Origin: a virus
Lineage: Duplodnaviria > Caudoviricetes
Direction: 5' to 3' (one strand)
Length of the DNA stretch: 45,738 nucleotides
Virus record (IMG/VR): IMGVR_UViG_3300044450_000301
Location: 1 to 45,738 of that record
Below the pieces are notes generated by a model, which did no database searches, was not told where the DNA came from, and saw only the letters and a list, made by a program, of their open reading frames with translations. The position numbers and the translations under genes are program-made. Shown here piece after piece: positions 34,212-43,424 of the stretch. Every line of letters starts with the position of its first letter. Within the stretch, counting starts at the first letter, position 1.

Positions 34212-35101
34212 GCCGCGATATCCTCATCCAACGCACTCGGCGCGTCGGTCATCTGGTAGTGCCAGCGCTTGAAAGAAAGCTCCTGAACGCCGTCGCCATA
34301 TGCCGGCCAGTGATCCTTTTCCCGGCAGACGTGATAGGTCTGGAGCGCGTTGCGGATGATCGCCCGGCCTTCCTCCACGATCGACGGCGGAAGCTCATAG
34401 ACGCCGAACGCATAGGGCGATTTCTTCTCCCACGCGAGGAACACGAAACCGTTGATTTCCTCCTTGCGCTTGGCGGCTTTCAGCGCACGCGCCCAGCCGT
34501 CCGAATAGTGGGCTTCCTGCGCGTGATAGCCATAGTTGACGACCGATCGGGCGAAGTCGCCGGGATGGGCGCTCAGCGTTGATTTGAGATCGAGCATGAT
34601 GCCGATGTCGCCGCGCCATAGATCGGGGCGGCAGCGGCAAAGCTCGCCGGTCGCCGGATCGATCCAGTAGCCGGACGGCTCGACCTCGGGCTTGCCGCCT
34701 GTGATGATGCCGTTGATCCATGCGTTCGCGTGAACCGCGTCGCGCATCGCCAGCACTTCATCATATGCCGACTGGATCAGCAGTATCTTTCCTTCGGCTT
34801 CGCAGAACTCGGCGGCGTCCTTCCATTTGTTGCCGCGCCGATCTTCCGGCCCGCGCATGACGGCCTTCTCGAACCGCTCGGGCTCCAGGATCGCGATATG
34901 CGCGGCCTGCCCGAAATCCTTCACCGCCTTGGCCTGAGTGCTGTCCTCATCCTTGGCGGGCGGGAAGCGGTAATGAGCCGGCGATTGCGTGTGGATCGTC
35001 CAGAGCCCGGATTTCGAAATGCCTGGCCCGGCGTGATAGCTCTCACTGGGGATCCCGGCGTAAATGCCGGGATCGATGTCTTGGCGAATGGTCGGTGCCA
35101 T
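34208..35101 (-). CDS. recE: RecE/exonuclease VIII-like PD-(D/E)xK nuclease (DUF3799-like)
   Basis: YHAGPGISKSGL, CRCRPD, LDLKST, YGYHAQEAHY; start refined to 35101 with AGGAG RBS. Confidence 0.88.
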   Translation of the reverse strand: MAPTIRQDIDPGIYAGIPSESYHAGPGISKSGLWTIHTQSPAHYRFPPAKDEDSTQAKAVKDFGQAAHIAILEPERFEKAVMRGPEDRRGNKWKDAAEFCEAEGKILLIQSAYDEVLAMRDAVHANAWINGIITGGKPEVEPSGYWIDPATGELCRCRPDLWRGDIGIMLDLKSTLSAHPGDFARSVVNYGYHAQEAHYSDGWARALKAAKRKEEINGFVFLAWEKKSPYAFGVYELPPSIVEEGRAIIRNALQTYHVCREKDHWPAYGDGVQELSFKRWHYQMTDAPSALDEDIAA

Positions 35102-35122
35102 ATGCGTCGCTCCTGTTGCGTA

Positions 35123-35168
35123 TGTTGCCAATATCACAACAGTATGCGCAACGCTGCGCAACGGTCAA
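35123..35168 (-). promoter_or_regulatory. Leftward promoter of the recET operon with operator TGTTGCCAATATCACAACA (35123-35141)
   Basis: TTGACC ... CATACT on the minus strand, adjacent to the operator. Confidence 0.7.
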
Positions 35169-35272
35169 GCCTGAAATTCAGGATTTCAGAAACAGGCGTT
35201 CAAGCGCGGCAACCATTGCGCGTTTCAATTTCGCCACTGACGGACTGGATGTCAGCAACGAAAGGAAACGGA

Positions 35273-35554
35273 ATGGTACACAAGCGAAGTTTCTACCGCG
35301 CGCTTTTCGCGGTCATCGATTACCTCGGCAGAAGCATCGGCTATTTCATCGGCGGCGCGATCGCCGCGTTCGACGCGCTGGCGCGGCCTTCCGGTCGGGA
35401 TCGGCTGGACCTGGACGCGCTGAGGCGCGACGCCTATGCCGACAGTTTCGAGATCGAAGGCGCGGCGAGCCGCTTCCGCTCATGGCTGGAGCGGGCGCTT
35501 GATCATCCCCACTTCACTGCCGGCCAATTCGATTCCGGCCGAAGTATGGCCTAA
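35273..35554 (+). CDS. 93-aa hypothetical protein convergent with the repressor
   Basis: AAAGGA RBS; MVHKRSFYRALFAVIDYLG...; followed by a terminator. Confidence 0.7.
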   Translation: MVHKRSFYRALFAVIDYLGRSIGYFIGGAIAAFDALARPSGRDRLDLDALRRDAYADSFEIEGAASRFRSWLERALDHPHFTAGQFDSGRSMA

Positions 35555-35575
35555 TTGACGCCTGACTGAAATTGG

Positions 35576-35603
35576 AACCGGCCGCATTGCGGCCGGTTTT
35601 TTT
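35576..35603 (+). terminator. Rho-independent terminator
   Basis: AACCGGCCGC-ATT-GCGGCCGGTT followed by a T-run. Confidence 0.85.
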
Positions 35604-36234
35604 ATGGGATGATGGCAAGGACTGGCGTCGCCGTTTGAAGCTGGACTTCCTTCACCTTGCCGTCGGCCGTCATGATCCGCGCCTCGCCCGTTTTCCGGGC
35701 GCGCTCGATCCTGGCGAATAGCTGCTCACCCTCTCTGAGCCGGCACACGGCAAGCGATCCGATCGCGGTAGTGTCAACGTGGTCGGTATGCCTGAAAAGC
35801 AGAACTGCATCGTCGCAAATCGACAGCATGCCCTTGGTGGCGCGGACCTGGGCGGCAAGAACCTTGCCGTCACTATAGATATCGATCGCAGCGCGCGCGC
35901 GCTCGATAATGTCTGGCGGCAACGGCTTGGGGTCAAGTAGTCGCTGCACGGTTCCGTTTTCCGCTACTGTCGCCACCAGGAGTATCTTGTCGGATACGTT
36001 ATCGTCGTTGAAGGAAATGCCAGCATGCCTGAGCACCTCACTGACTGGCGCATTCAGAAAGCGGGCAATTTCGTTTGCTTCTTCCATTTTCATTTTCCGC
36101 TGACCTGACAACATCCGCGACGCTGCCGATGCGTCGATATTCAGATGCCTCGCCAACCCGCGCACAGACTTATCACTGGCCCTCAGCTTTTCAAGGAAAT
36201 AATTCCTATCTATCGCACCTTGGGTCACTCTCAT
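35602..36234 (-). CDS. CI-like phage repressor (HTH plus degenerate S24-like C-terminal domain)
   Basis: SVRGLARHLNIDASAASRMLSGQRKM HTH; divergent from a cro-like gene; GGAG RBS before ATG 36234. Confidence 0.85.
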   Translation of the reverse strand: MRVTQGAIDRNYFLEKLRASDKSVRGLARHLNIDASAASRMLSGQRKMKMEEANEIARFLNAPVSEVLRHAGISFNDDNVSDKILLVATVAENGTVQRLLDPKPLPPDIIERARAAIDIYSDGKVLAAQVRATKGMLSICDDAVLLFRHTDHVDTTAIGSLAVCRLREGEQLFARIERARKTGEARIMTADGKVKEVQLQTATPVLAIIP

Positions 36235-36280
36235 TACTCCCTTCTGGTACGACCAATCGTCTAACGGTCGCAAGGGAGGT

Positions 36281-36390
36281 TGTTGCATATCTCGCAACAA
36301 ATAACAAACCGTGTGGATTGCGGGGGTTAACGATCTCAGTTCGCGCTTGACGATGCTTAAAATGCAACATATGTTGCGCAAATCGCATCA
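36281..36390. promoter_or_regulatory. Immunity switch: three operators (36281-36299, 36351-36369, 36372-36390) and rightward promoter TTGACG-17-TATGTT
   Basis: TGTTGCATATCTCGCAACA, CGATGCTTAAAATGCAACA, TGTTGCGCAAATCGCATCA. Confidence 0.8.
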
Positions 36391-36402
36391 GGAGGCACAG
36401 CG

Positions 36403-36630
36403 TTGAACAAAGCGGCGGCTCGCACACCTTGGCAGAAGGTGTGCGCAAAATTCCAGATGAGGCCATCGGAACTGGCGCGCACGATCGGGCGACATCGCTC
36501 AAAGATCAGTCGCGCGCTGAGCGACGAGAAGGGGCTGATTTCCGGCAAGGACCAGGAGCTTCTTTTCGCTAAGGCCAAAGAACTCGGCGTCAACCTGACT
36601 GCCGACGATGTTACGCCTGAGCTTCGATAA
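36403..36630 (+). CDS. Cro-like HTH protein
   Basis: PSELARTIGRHRSKISR; AGGAGG RBS; divergent from the repressor. Confidence 0.85.
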   Translation: MNKAAARTPWQKVCAKFQMRPSELARTIGRHRSKISRALSDEKGLISGKDQELLFAKAKELGVNLTADDVTPELR

Positions 36631-36848
36631 TGGCTGAGCGGCCGGCCATGACTGTTCAGCAACAGGCCGATTTCATCGCTCATCTGGTCGATCGATGCAC
36701 CATGCGGGACGGCGCAACAGCGCGCGAAACTCATCTGACGCTTGACGCGGGTGAGGTGGCGGACCTTCGCGCGCTGGCCGTCCGGCTGGAGCGAATGGCT
36801 CCGCATGAAAACGAAATCCGCCGAATTGTCATGACCGCGCGAAGGTGA
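36630..36848 (+). CDS. Hypothetical protein
   Basis: TAATG coupling. Confidence 0.7.
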   Translation: MAERPAMTVQQQADFIAHLVDRCTMRDGATARETHLTLDAGEVADLRALAVRLERMAPHENEIRRIVMTARR

Positions 36849-37150
36849 AGCCAATGGGGTTTTTCAAACAGGTTGAAGGTGAGGCCGCAATCGTCGTCAT
36901 CAACGGCGTTTACAAGCAATGCGATCTCTATGAGCGGGACGGGTATATCTACGCCAAGACGGCGGGCGGGTTCGTTCGGCTGATGGCGGACGGGTCGACA
37001 ACCAGGGCGAAGATGCGCCTCGACTTCATGACCTGGACCGGATCGCTTTGCCGTGACAGCATTGGCCGGCTTTGCTCTCCCGATGTTGCCGGCTCGCGGA
37101 CGCTGGAGAGCAACAAGGCGCAATTGCTGCTGGGTTCGCCTGAGCAATGA
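36845..37150 (+). CDS. Hypothetical protein
   Basis: GTGA coupling; GVYKQCDLYER. Confidence 0.75.
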   Translation: MKPMGFFKQVEGEAAIVVINGVYKQCDLYERDGYIYAKTAGGFVRLMADGSTTRAKMRLDFMTWTGSLCRDSIGRLCSPDVAGSRTLESNKAQLLLGSPEQ

Positions 37151-38550
37151 TCCAGCTTCGCGCCGATCAGGAGGATGTTCGCACAAAGCTCCGGGTCGCA
37201 TTGCGATCCTCAGCGGCCGTGTTGACGTTTGCTCCTACCGGCTTCGGCAAGACGGTGCTGGCGGCGGCGCTGATTAAGATGATCGCGGACGCGGGGAAGC
37301 GGATCATCTTCTGCGTCCATCGCGTCGACCTGATCACGCAAACGGCCAAGACATTCGAGCGGTTCGGCATACCGTTCTCCTATGTCGCGGCCGGCTATCA
37401 TTACAACCCATATCACCGCGTCATCATCGCCTCGATCGCGACGCTGAAAAACCGGCTGGGCAAAATCCCGGCGTCTTACGTGTTTGTCGATGAGGCGCAT
37501 CTGAGCGCGGCCAGTGGCTGGGCGAAGGTGGCGGCGCATTACAAGCAAGCCGGCGCAAAGCTGATCGGGCTCACCGGATCGCCCGAACGCCTGGACGGCA
37601 AGCCGCTGGGTGACGTGTGGGATACGATGGTCATGGGGCCGTCCGTGGCGTCGCTCATCGAAGCCGGGCATCTATCCAGATATCGCGCTTTCGCTCCTGC
37701 CGGTATCGACCTGTCCGGTGTCCATACACGCAACGGCGATTATGTCACCTCGGAGATCGATGATCTCATGTCCGGTCGGGCGGTGCTGGCTGGCGCGGTC
37801 AAGCACTGGCGCAAATATGCGGCGGGAAAGCGGACGATCGCGTTTGCGCCATCTGTCAAGCGATCGGAGCAACTGGCCGATGAGTTCCGCGCCAACGGCG
37901 TCATGGCTGTTGCGCTCGACGGCAACACGCCTCACGCGGATCGCGTCGCCGCATTCAACGGATTTGCCGATCGCCAAATCGACGTGATCGTCAACTGCCA
38001 GCTTTTCTGCGAGGGGTTCGATCTCGCCGCCCAGGTCGATCGCGGCGTGACGATCGAGGCGGTGCTTCAATACTCCCCGACAAAATCGCTCGCAAAGCAC
38101 CTCCAGCAACTCGGGCGCGGCCTGCGCAAGAAACCTGAGCCCGCGATCCTGCTCGATCTCGTCGGCAATCTCGCGCGGCTCGGGCTCCCCGATGAGGATC
38201 GCGAATGGTCGCTTGATGGGCGCAAGAAATCGAGCGCCGAAACATCGGTGGCGATCTGCCCCGAATGCTTCGCCACGCATCAACCGGCTCGCGAGTGTCC
38301 CGAATGCGGGTTCGTATATCCGGTCGCGGCGCGCGACGGTGGCGGGCTTGGGCGTGTCTTGGGCGAAGTCGACGGCGATCTCCAGGAGGTCGATGTTGAA
38401 GCCCTTCGTCGCCAACGGAAGCAGGAACAAGCCAAAGCGCGGACGCTTGACGATCTCGTCAACCTGGCGACCGCGCGCGGCTACAAGTCGCCCGAAAAGT
38501 GGGCGGCGCACGTTTACTCAGCGCGACAGGCGAAGGGGATGGCGGCATGA
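37147..38550 (+). CDS. SF2 DEAH-box helicase with C-terminal zinc ribbon
   Basis: APTGFGKT, VDEAH, TGSP, EGFD, QQLGRGLR, CPEC x2. Confidence 0.95.
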   Translation: MIQLRADQEDVRTKLRVALRSSAAVLTFAPTGFGKTVLAAALIKMIADAGKRIIFCVHRVDLITQTAKTFERFGIPFSYVAAGYHYNPYHRVIIASIATLKNRLGKIPASYVFVDEAHLSAASGWAKVAAHYKQAGAKLIGLTGSPERLDGKPLGDVWDTMVMGPSVASLIEAGHLSRYRAFAPAGIDLSGVHTRNGDYVTSEIDDLMSGRAVLAGAVKHWRKYAAGKRTIAFAPSVKRSEQLADEFRANGVMAVALDGNTPHADRVAAFNGFADRQIDVIVNCQLFCEGFDLAAQVDRGVTIEAVLQYSPTKSLAKHLQQLGRGLRKKPEPAILLDLVGNLARLGLPDEDREWSLDGRKKSSAETSVAICPECFATHQPARECPECGFVYPVAARDGGGLGRVLGEVDGDLQEVDVEALRRQRKQEQAKARTLDDLVNLATARGYKSPEKWAAHVYSARQAKGMAA

Positions 38551-39023
38551 CGGCGATGAGATCATTTGCGCGCGACGCGGAACCCAAGGGTCGGGCGCGG
38601 CAGACAACGGGGAATTGGGCCGTGCTTGATGGCTATCTGGACGATATCGCCAAGACGGACGGCGGTGAGCGGCGCGCGGAAGGTGTTGATTTCAGCAACA
38701 TCAAGCCGATCGACTGCCCATGCTGCAAGCGGCCGGTTTCGGTTCCGTCGCTGGAGATCGTGATCGACCGATACGGCGTGACGCCATTGCAGGCGCGCAT
38801 CCTGGAAGCGGTCTGGCGCGGCAAGGGCATGCCTGTCGTAACCGAAAGGATTTTCGACGCGATGTACGCCGACGATCCCGATGGCGGGCCAACGCCGTCG
38901 CAAATGTACAAGGCTTTCAAGGTCGCTCTGTGCCGGTTGCGCGAGCGCCTGGAGGGAACTGGTATCGGCATTGAAAATGTCGGCTACCGGCAAGGCTATC
39001 GATTGGTAATAGGAGAAAACTGA
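38547..39023 (+). CDS. Stand-alone OmpR/PhoB-type winged-helix regulator with CPCC motif
   Basis: [41 protein letters not shown]. Confidence 0.8.
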   Translation: MTAMRSFARDAEPKGRARQTTGNWAVLDGYLDDIAKTDGGERRAEGVDFSNIKPIDCPCCKRPVSVPSLEIVIDRYGVTPLQARILEAVWRGKGMPVVTERIFDAMYADDPDGGPTPSQMYKAFKVALCRLRERLEGTGIGIENVGYRQGYRLVIGEN

Positions 39024-39025
39024 AA

Positions 39026-39538
39026 ATGGCCGGCTATCTCAACAAGGTTCAACTGATCGGCAATGTCGGGGCCGATCCCGAGATCAACAATCTCAATAAT
39101 GGCGGCATCGTCGCGAACTTCACGCTCGCGACAACCGAAAGCTGGAAGGACAAGGGCAGCGGCGAAAAGCGCGAGCGCACGGAATGGCATCGCATTGTCG
39201 TGTTCAACCCCGGTCTGGTCGAGGTGATCGAAACCTACGTTCGCAAGGGCATGCGCCTCTATGTGGAAGGCGAATTACAGACGCGGAAATGGCAGGATCA
39301 GGACGGCAAGGATCGCTATTCGACAGAGATCGTCCTGACCGGCTTCAACGCCAAGCTGATCATGCTCGATCGCGCCAAAGGTTCCGGCGATCGCGATCCC
39401 AACGGCAACGCCGATCGGCCCGGAAACCAGACGGGCAGCTACGCGAAGGAAAGTGGGCGCGACGATCGCGGGAAGGCTGACGCCGGTCGCGAGCAACAGC
39501 GGCAGACCGCCGATCTGGACGACGAAATTCCGTTCTGA
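39026..39538 (+). CDS. ssb: Single-stranded DNA-binding protein
   Basis: [28 protein letters not shown] tail. Confidence 0.97.
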   Translation: MAGYLNKVQLIGNVGADPEINNLNNGGIVANFTLATTESWKDKGSGEKRERTEWHRIVVFNPGLVEVIETYVRKGMRLYVEGELQTRKWQDQDGKDRYSTEIVLTGFNAKLIMLDRAKGSGDRDPNGNADRPGNQTGSYAKESGRDDRGKADAGREQQRQTADLDDEIPF

Positions 39539-39933
39539 TGTCAGAAGCCGACCTAATGCGCCGGCTCCAGGTGGCCGCGTCCAAACTCGGGGCGCGGCTG
39601 TTTCGGCAGAACACGGGTATGGCCTGGGTCGGCAAGATGACGCGCGGGCCGGGAACCGTTCGGCTCGGGCCGCATGATGTCGTGATCCGCAATGCGCGGC
39701 CGTTTCATGCCGGCGTCCCTGGAATGTCCGATCTCGGCGGATGGATGCCTGTCGAGATCACGGCCGAAATGATCGGCCAAACGATTGCCGTTGCCGCCCA
39801 GGTAGAGGTAAAGGACCGTGGCAGTCCGACGCCTGAGCAACGGAACTGGATCGACGCTGTAAACGCGGCCGGTGGCAAGGCCGGCGTCGTTCATAACGAG
39901 ACTGAACTGTCCCGGCTTTTGATCGGGAATTGA
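39538..39933 (+). CDS. VRR-NUC domain nuclease
   Basis: RLFRQNTG, GMSDLGG, VEVK, TPEQRNW, AGGKAGV. Confidence 0.9.
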   Translation: MSEADLMRRLQVAASKLGARLFRQNTGMAWVGKMTRGPGTVRLGPHDVVIRNARPFHAGVPGMSDLGGWMPVEITAEMIGQTIAVAAQVEVKDRGSPTPEQRNWIDAVNAAGGKAGVVHNETELSRLLIGN

Positions 39934-39976
39934 GGAAAATTCTTCAGGTTTTCCTATTGTGAATTGCGCCGAACCA

Positions 39977-39995
39977 TGTTGTGATAATCGCAACA
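39977..39995. promoter_or_regulatory. Operator TGTTGTGATAATCGCAACA upstream of the primase
   Basis: Near-perfect consensus palindrome. Confidence 0.75.
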
Positions 39996-40019
39996 TGATG
40001 CGACGGGGATGCGAGGCCA

Positions 40020-42383
40020 GTGGCAACAGACGTTGAACGCTTGCGACGTGATGTGTCGCTGTCCGATACGGCCGCTGCCTACGGCGTCGATCTCGAAAGG
40101 GACGGCGATGAATTTGTCGCATGCTGCCCCTTCCATCGTGAGGACACGCCGTCATTCACGATCTTCACGGGCAAGGATCATATTCAACGCTTCCATTGCT
40201 TCGGCTGCGGTGAGCGCGGCGATGTTCTCGATTTCGTTCAACGCATCAAGGGCGTCGATCTCAAAGAGGCGATCGGTATTCTTGGCGGCGGCAAGGCTGG
40301 CCCGAACATCGCGCCAAAAAAGATCGAGGCGCGCGATCCCTACAAGGATATCGTTCCGATTGATCCGCCGCGCGAACTGGAGGCCGGGCGCAAGGTCAAG
40401 CTCTACAATCCCAAGCGCGCCGGGACTGAGCGCGAGTGGGGATCGTTTGCGCCGTCGATGGTGTTCTCGTATCGCAATGCGGACGGGTCGCTTTTCGGAT
40501 TTGTGCTGCGCCATGAACTGCCCAGCGGCAGCAAGGAAACGCCGATGGTCATGGCGGTTCGATTGCCGGATGGTCATGAATGCTGGTCGCGCTTCCCATT
40601 TCCAAAGCCCCGCCCGCTCTACGGGCTGACCGATCTCCGCGACGGGCAAGTGATCGTTGTTGAGGGCGAGAAGTGCCGCGACAAGCTCGCGGCTGTCAGT
40701 CGCCGCAATGTGGTGACGTGGCCGGGCGGCTCATACGGGATCAATCATTGCGACTGGAGCCCGCTGGCCGGGCGCGATGTCGTGATCTGGCCGGACGCTG
40801 ACGCGCCGGGCCGCAAGACGGCGGAAGCAATCGCCAGCATTCTTGCCGGCCTTGGCTGTCGGGTCCGCATCATGGCGATCGACGGCAAGCCCGAGCATTG
40901 GGATTGCGCCGATGCAATCGATGACGGCTGGAGCAAGGACGATCTTGATAATTTCATGCGCGGGACGGTCAAGCCGTGGTCGCCGCCAGTTTCCGATCAA
41001 CCAGACGAAAAGGAGACAAACGATGTAGGGACGGCAAATCCCCCTTCGCAAAGCCCTGCCAGTGGCCACGCTGGCAGGGCGAAGGTGGAAGCGCGGACGG
41101 TGCAGCAGGAAAAACCACAACCGGCCACAGTCACGGATATCCGCACAAGGAACACGGTCGCGGCCGATGATAGCTGGCACCTCGGCTTGATCTTCAATGA
41201 TGAGGGAAAGCTTAAACCGGCCGTCACGAAAAATTGGGCGCTCTTTCTCGAAAACCATCCCGATACGGCGGGTGTGTTCGCATTCGATGCCTTCAAGCTC
41301 AAGATCATGCTCATGCGGCGTCCGCCGTGGGAAGCCAAGGGTGCGGGCTGGGAAGCACGGCCGCTCCAGGATCGCGACTATTCCGAAGCGGTCATGTGGC
41401 TGGAGGCGAAGTACATGACGCCGAAGGCGTCGAACATCGCGCCGGTCATACAGACGATCGCTGAGCGCGCCAGCTTCGACCGGCTGCGCGAATATCTGGA
41501 GGGTCTGAAATGGGACGGGCGGTCGCGCGTCAAGCGCTTCGCGAACGACTACCTCGGCTCATCCGGCGACAATTACGCGCCGATCGTTAGCGAATGCTGG
41601 CTGATCTCCAGCGTGGCGCGCGGGCTCAAGCCCGGATGCAAGGTCGACACGATGCCGATCCTTGAAGGTCCGCAAGGCGCGCGGAAATCGAGCGCGCTTC
41701 GCGTCCTCTACGGCGATGAGTTCTTTACCGATGAGCTATCCGATATCGGCTCCAAGGATGCGATGATGGAGTTGCAAGGCGTGTGGGGACTGGAGGTTGC
41801 GGAAATGCACCGCTTCTCCGCCGCTGAAACGAACGCGGTGAAAAAATTCCTGACGCGCCAGACGGATCGCTTTCGCCCGCCATATGGCCGTTCGGTGATC
41901 GAAGCGCCGCGCCGCGTCGTGATCAACGGCACGATCAATCCAGAGGGCAACGCCTATTTGCGCGATCCTACTGGTGCGCGCCGGTTCTGGCCGCTGGAAT
42001 GCGGGCGCATCGATCTCGACAAGATCGAGCGCGATCGCGATCAGCTATGGGCGGAAGCGGTTCACCTGTTCAAAGCCGGTACGCCGTGGTGGGTGCAGGA
42101 GGATGAGCAACAGGCCGTTGAACTGGAGCAAGAGAAACGAACCGATGTCGATGTATGGCTGTCGGTCATCGCTCCGATGCTGACAACGCGAACCTCGATC
42201 TCGCAATGGGATGTGTTCGAAGCGCTCGGGGTGCAAAAGAAGGATGCCGACTGGCGGCATGCCGCGCGCGTCGGGCGGATCATGAAAAAGCTGGGCTGGA
42301 TCGTTGTGCGCGATCGCGCCAATGGCGAGGATCGCGTTGTGTTCCGCAACCCGAATGCGCTTGACGGCGGCGATGGCTGGTAA
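40020..42383 (+). CDS. Primase-helicase fusion: CHC2 zinc finger + Toprim + VirE/VapE-type ATPase
   Basis: CPFHREDTPSF...HCFGC; VVEGEKC, WPDADAPG; PGCKVD, EGPQGARKS, DRFRPPYG, DPTGARRFWP. Confidence 0.92.
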   Translation: MATDVERLRRDVSLSDTAAAYGVDLERDGDEFVACCPFHREDTPSFTIFTGKDHIQRFHCFGCGERGDVLDFVQRIKGVDLKEAIGILGGGKAGPNIAPKKIEARDPYKDIVPIDPPRELEAGRKVKLYNPKRAGTEREWGSFAPSMVFSYRNADGSLFGFVLRHELPSGSKETPMVMAVRLPDGHECWSRFPFPKPRPLYGLTDLRDGQVIVVEGEKCRDKLAAVSRRNVVTWPGGSYGINHCDWSPLAGRDVVIWPDADAPGRKTAEAIASILAGLGCRVRIMAIDGKPEHWDCADAIDDGWSKDDLDNFMRGTVKPWSPPVSDQPDEKETNDVGTANPPSQSPASGHAGRAKVEARTVQQEKPQPATVTDIRTRNTVAADDSWHLGLIFNDEGKLKPAVTKNWALFLENHPDTAGVFAFDAFKLKIMLMRRPPWEAKGAGWEARPLQDRDYSEAVMWLEAKYMTPKASNIAPVIQTIAERASFDRLREYLEGLKWDGRSRVKRFANDYLGSSGDNYAPIVSECWLISSVARGLKPGCKVDTMPILEGPQGARKSSALRVLYGDEFFTDELSDIGSKDAMMELQGVWGLEVAEMHRFSAAETNAVKKFLTRQTDRFRPPYGRSVIEAPRRVVINGTINPEGNAYLRDPTGARRFWPLECGRIDLDKIERDRDQLWAEAVHLFKAGTPWWVQEDEQQAVELEQEKRTDVDVWLSVIAPMLTTRTSISQWDVFEALGVQKKDADWRHAARVGRIMKKLGWIVVRDRANGEDRVVFRNPNALDGGDGW

Positions 42384-42626
42384 CGAAAAGGCCGCAACCG
42401 GCTCATTCCGATCGCGGCCCTGTCGCCCTGATTTGCCCGATTTCGCTGGCCCAATGAAGCCGCCCCATGCGCGCGGTCCCAGCGCCGTTCCCCACGGACG
42501 ATCGAAGCCATTTTAAACCGATCTCTCAGGGGCGATCGGCAGGAGTACCGCGCGGGGCGTTCGGTGCCGCCAACTATTCGCGTGGATGGTTGTCGCCGTT
42601 TCATCCGGCGAAAGGGAAACCGCAAC

Positions 42627-43424
42627 ATGGCAAAAGGAAATCTGCCGGCCTGCCTGGCCGTGACGCTGCCGCACGAGGGCGGCTATGTGAACCATCCTCG
42701 CGATCCTGGTGGCGCGACCAATATGGGCATCACCCATTACACGCTTGCCGCGTGGCGCGGGGTGAAGTCCGTAACACGCGCCCAGGTGAAGGCGCTGACG
42801 CTGAAAGAGGCGACCGATATCTATGAGCATCGGTACTGGAAACCGATCCAGGGCGATCGCCTTCCGTTCGGCGTCGATCTCGCGACGTTCGACTATGGCG
42901 TCAACTCGGGAACCGGCCGCGCCGAAAAGGAATTGCAGCGCGTCGTCGGCGCGAAGGTCGACGGGCAGATTGGGCCGGAAACGCTCAAGGCTGTCGCCGC
43001 TCATGCCGGCAAGGCCGTGATCCGGGGACTATGCGCCCGGCGTCTTTCCTTCATGCGCAGCCTCAAGATATGGGACACGTTTAAACGCGGCTGGTCGCGC
43101 CGCGTGGCTGATGTCGAGGCGAAGGCCGTGGCGATGTGGATGGCTGGCGGCTCGGCGCTGTCCAAGGCTGATCGCGAGGAACTGGAGGCGGAAGCCGGCA
43201 AGGCGAGCCGGACGGCCGAAGGGCAGAACAAGGGCGCTCAGGGTGCGGGCGGTGGCGGCGCGGCTGTTGGCGGCGGCGATACCATCCTCAACGGCGAACC
43301 GAACTGGCTGCTGATCGCTGGCATTGCTATCCTGGTCCTGATTGTCGCCGGCATCCTGATCGGCAAGTCTCGCCAGAACCGCGATCGCGCTGAGGCTTAC
43401 GCGGCCGTCGCCAAGGCTGCTTGA
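42627..43424 (+). CDS. GH108 endolysin with C-terminal TM segment
   Basis: HEGGYVNHPRDPGGATNMGIT, FDYGVNSG, VDGQIGPET, FKRGWSRR; start refined to 42627. Confidence 0.92.
   Translation: MAKGNLPACLAVTLPHEGGYVNHPRDPGGATNMGITHYTLAAWRGVKSVTRAQVKALTLKEATDIYEHRYWKPIQGDRLPFGVDLATFDYGVNSGTGRAEKELQRVVGAKVDGQIGPETLKAVAAHAGKAVIRGLCARRLSFMRSLKIWDTFKRGWSRRVADVEAKAVAMWMAGGSALSKADREELEAEAGKASRTAEGQNKGAQGAGGGGAAVGGGDTILNGEPNWLLIAGIAILVLIVAGILIGKSRQNRDRAEAYAAVAKAA

Noticed and set aside
35208-35219. GGCAACCATTGC as a sigma54 promoter
   Set aside because: GG-to-GC spacing is 8 nt rather than the required 10
42373-42516. 47-aa Pro-rich ORF after the primase
   Set aside because: No clear RBS or motif; cannot be supported
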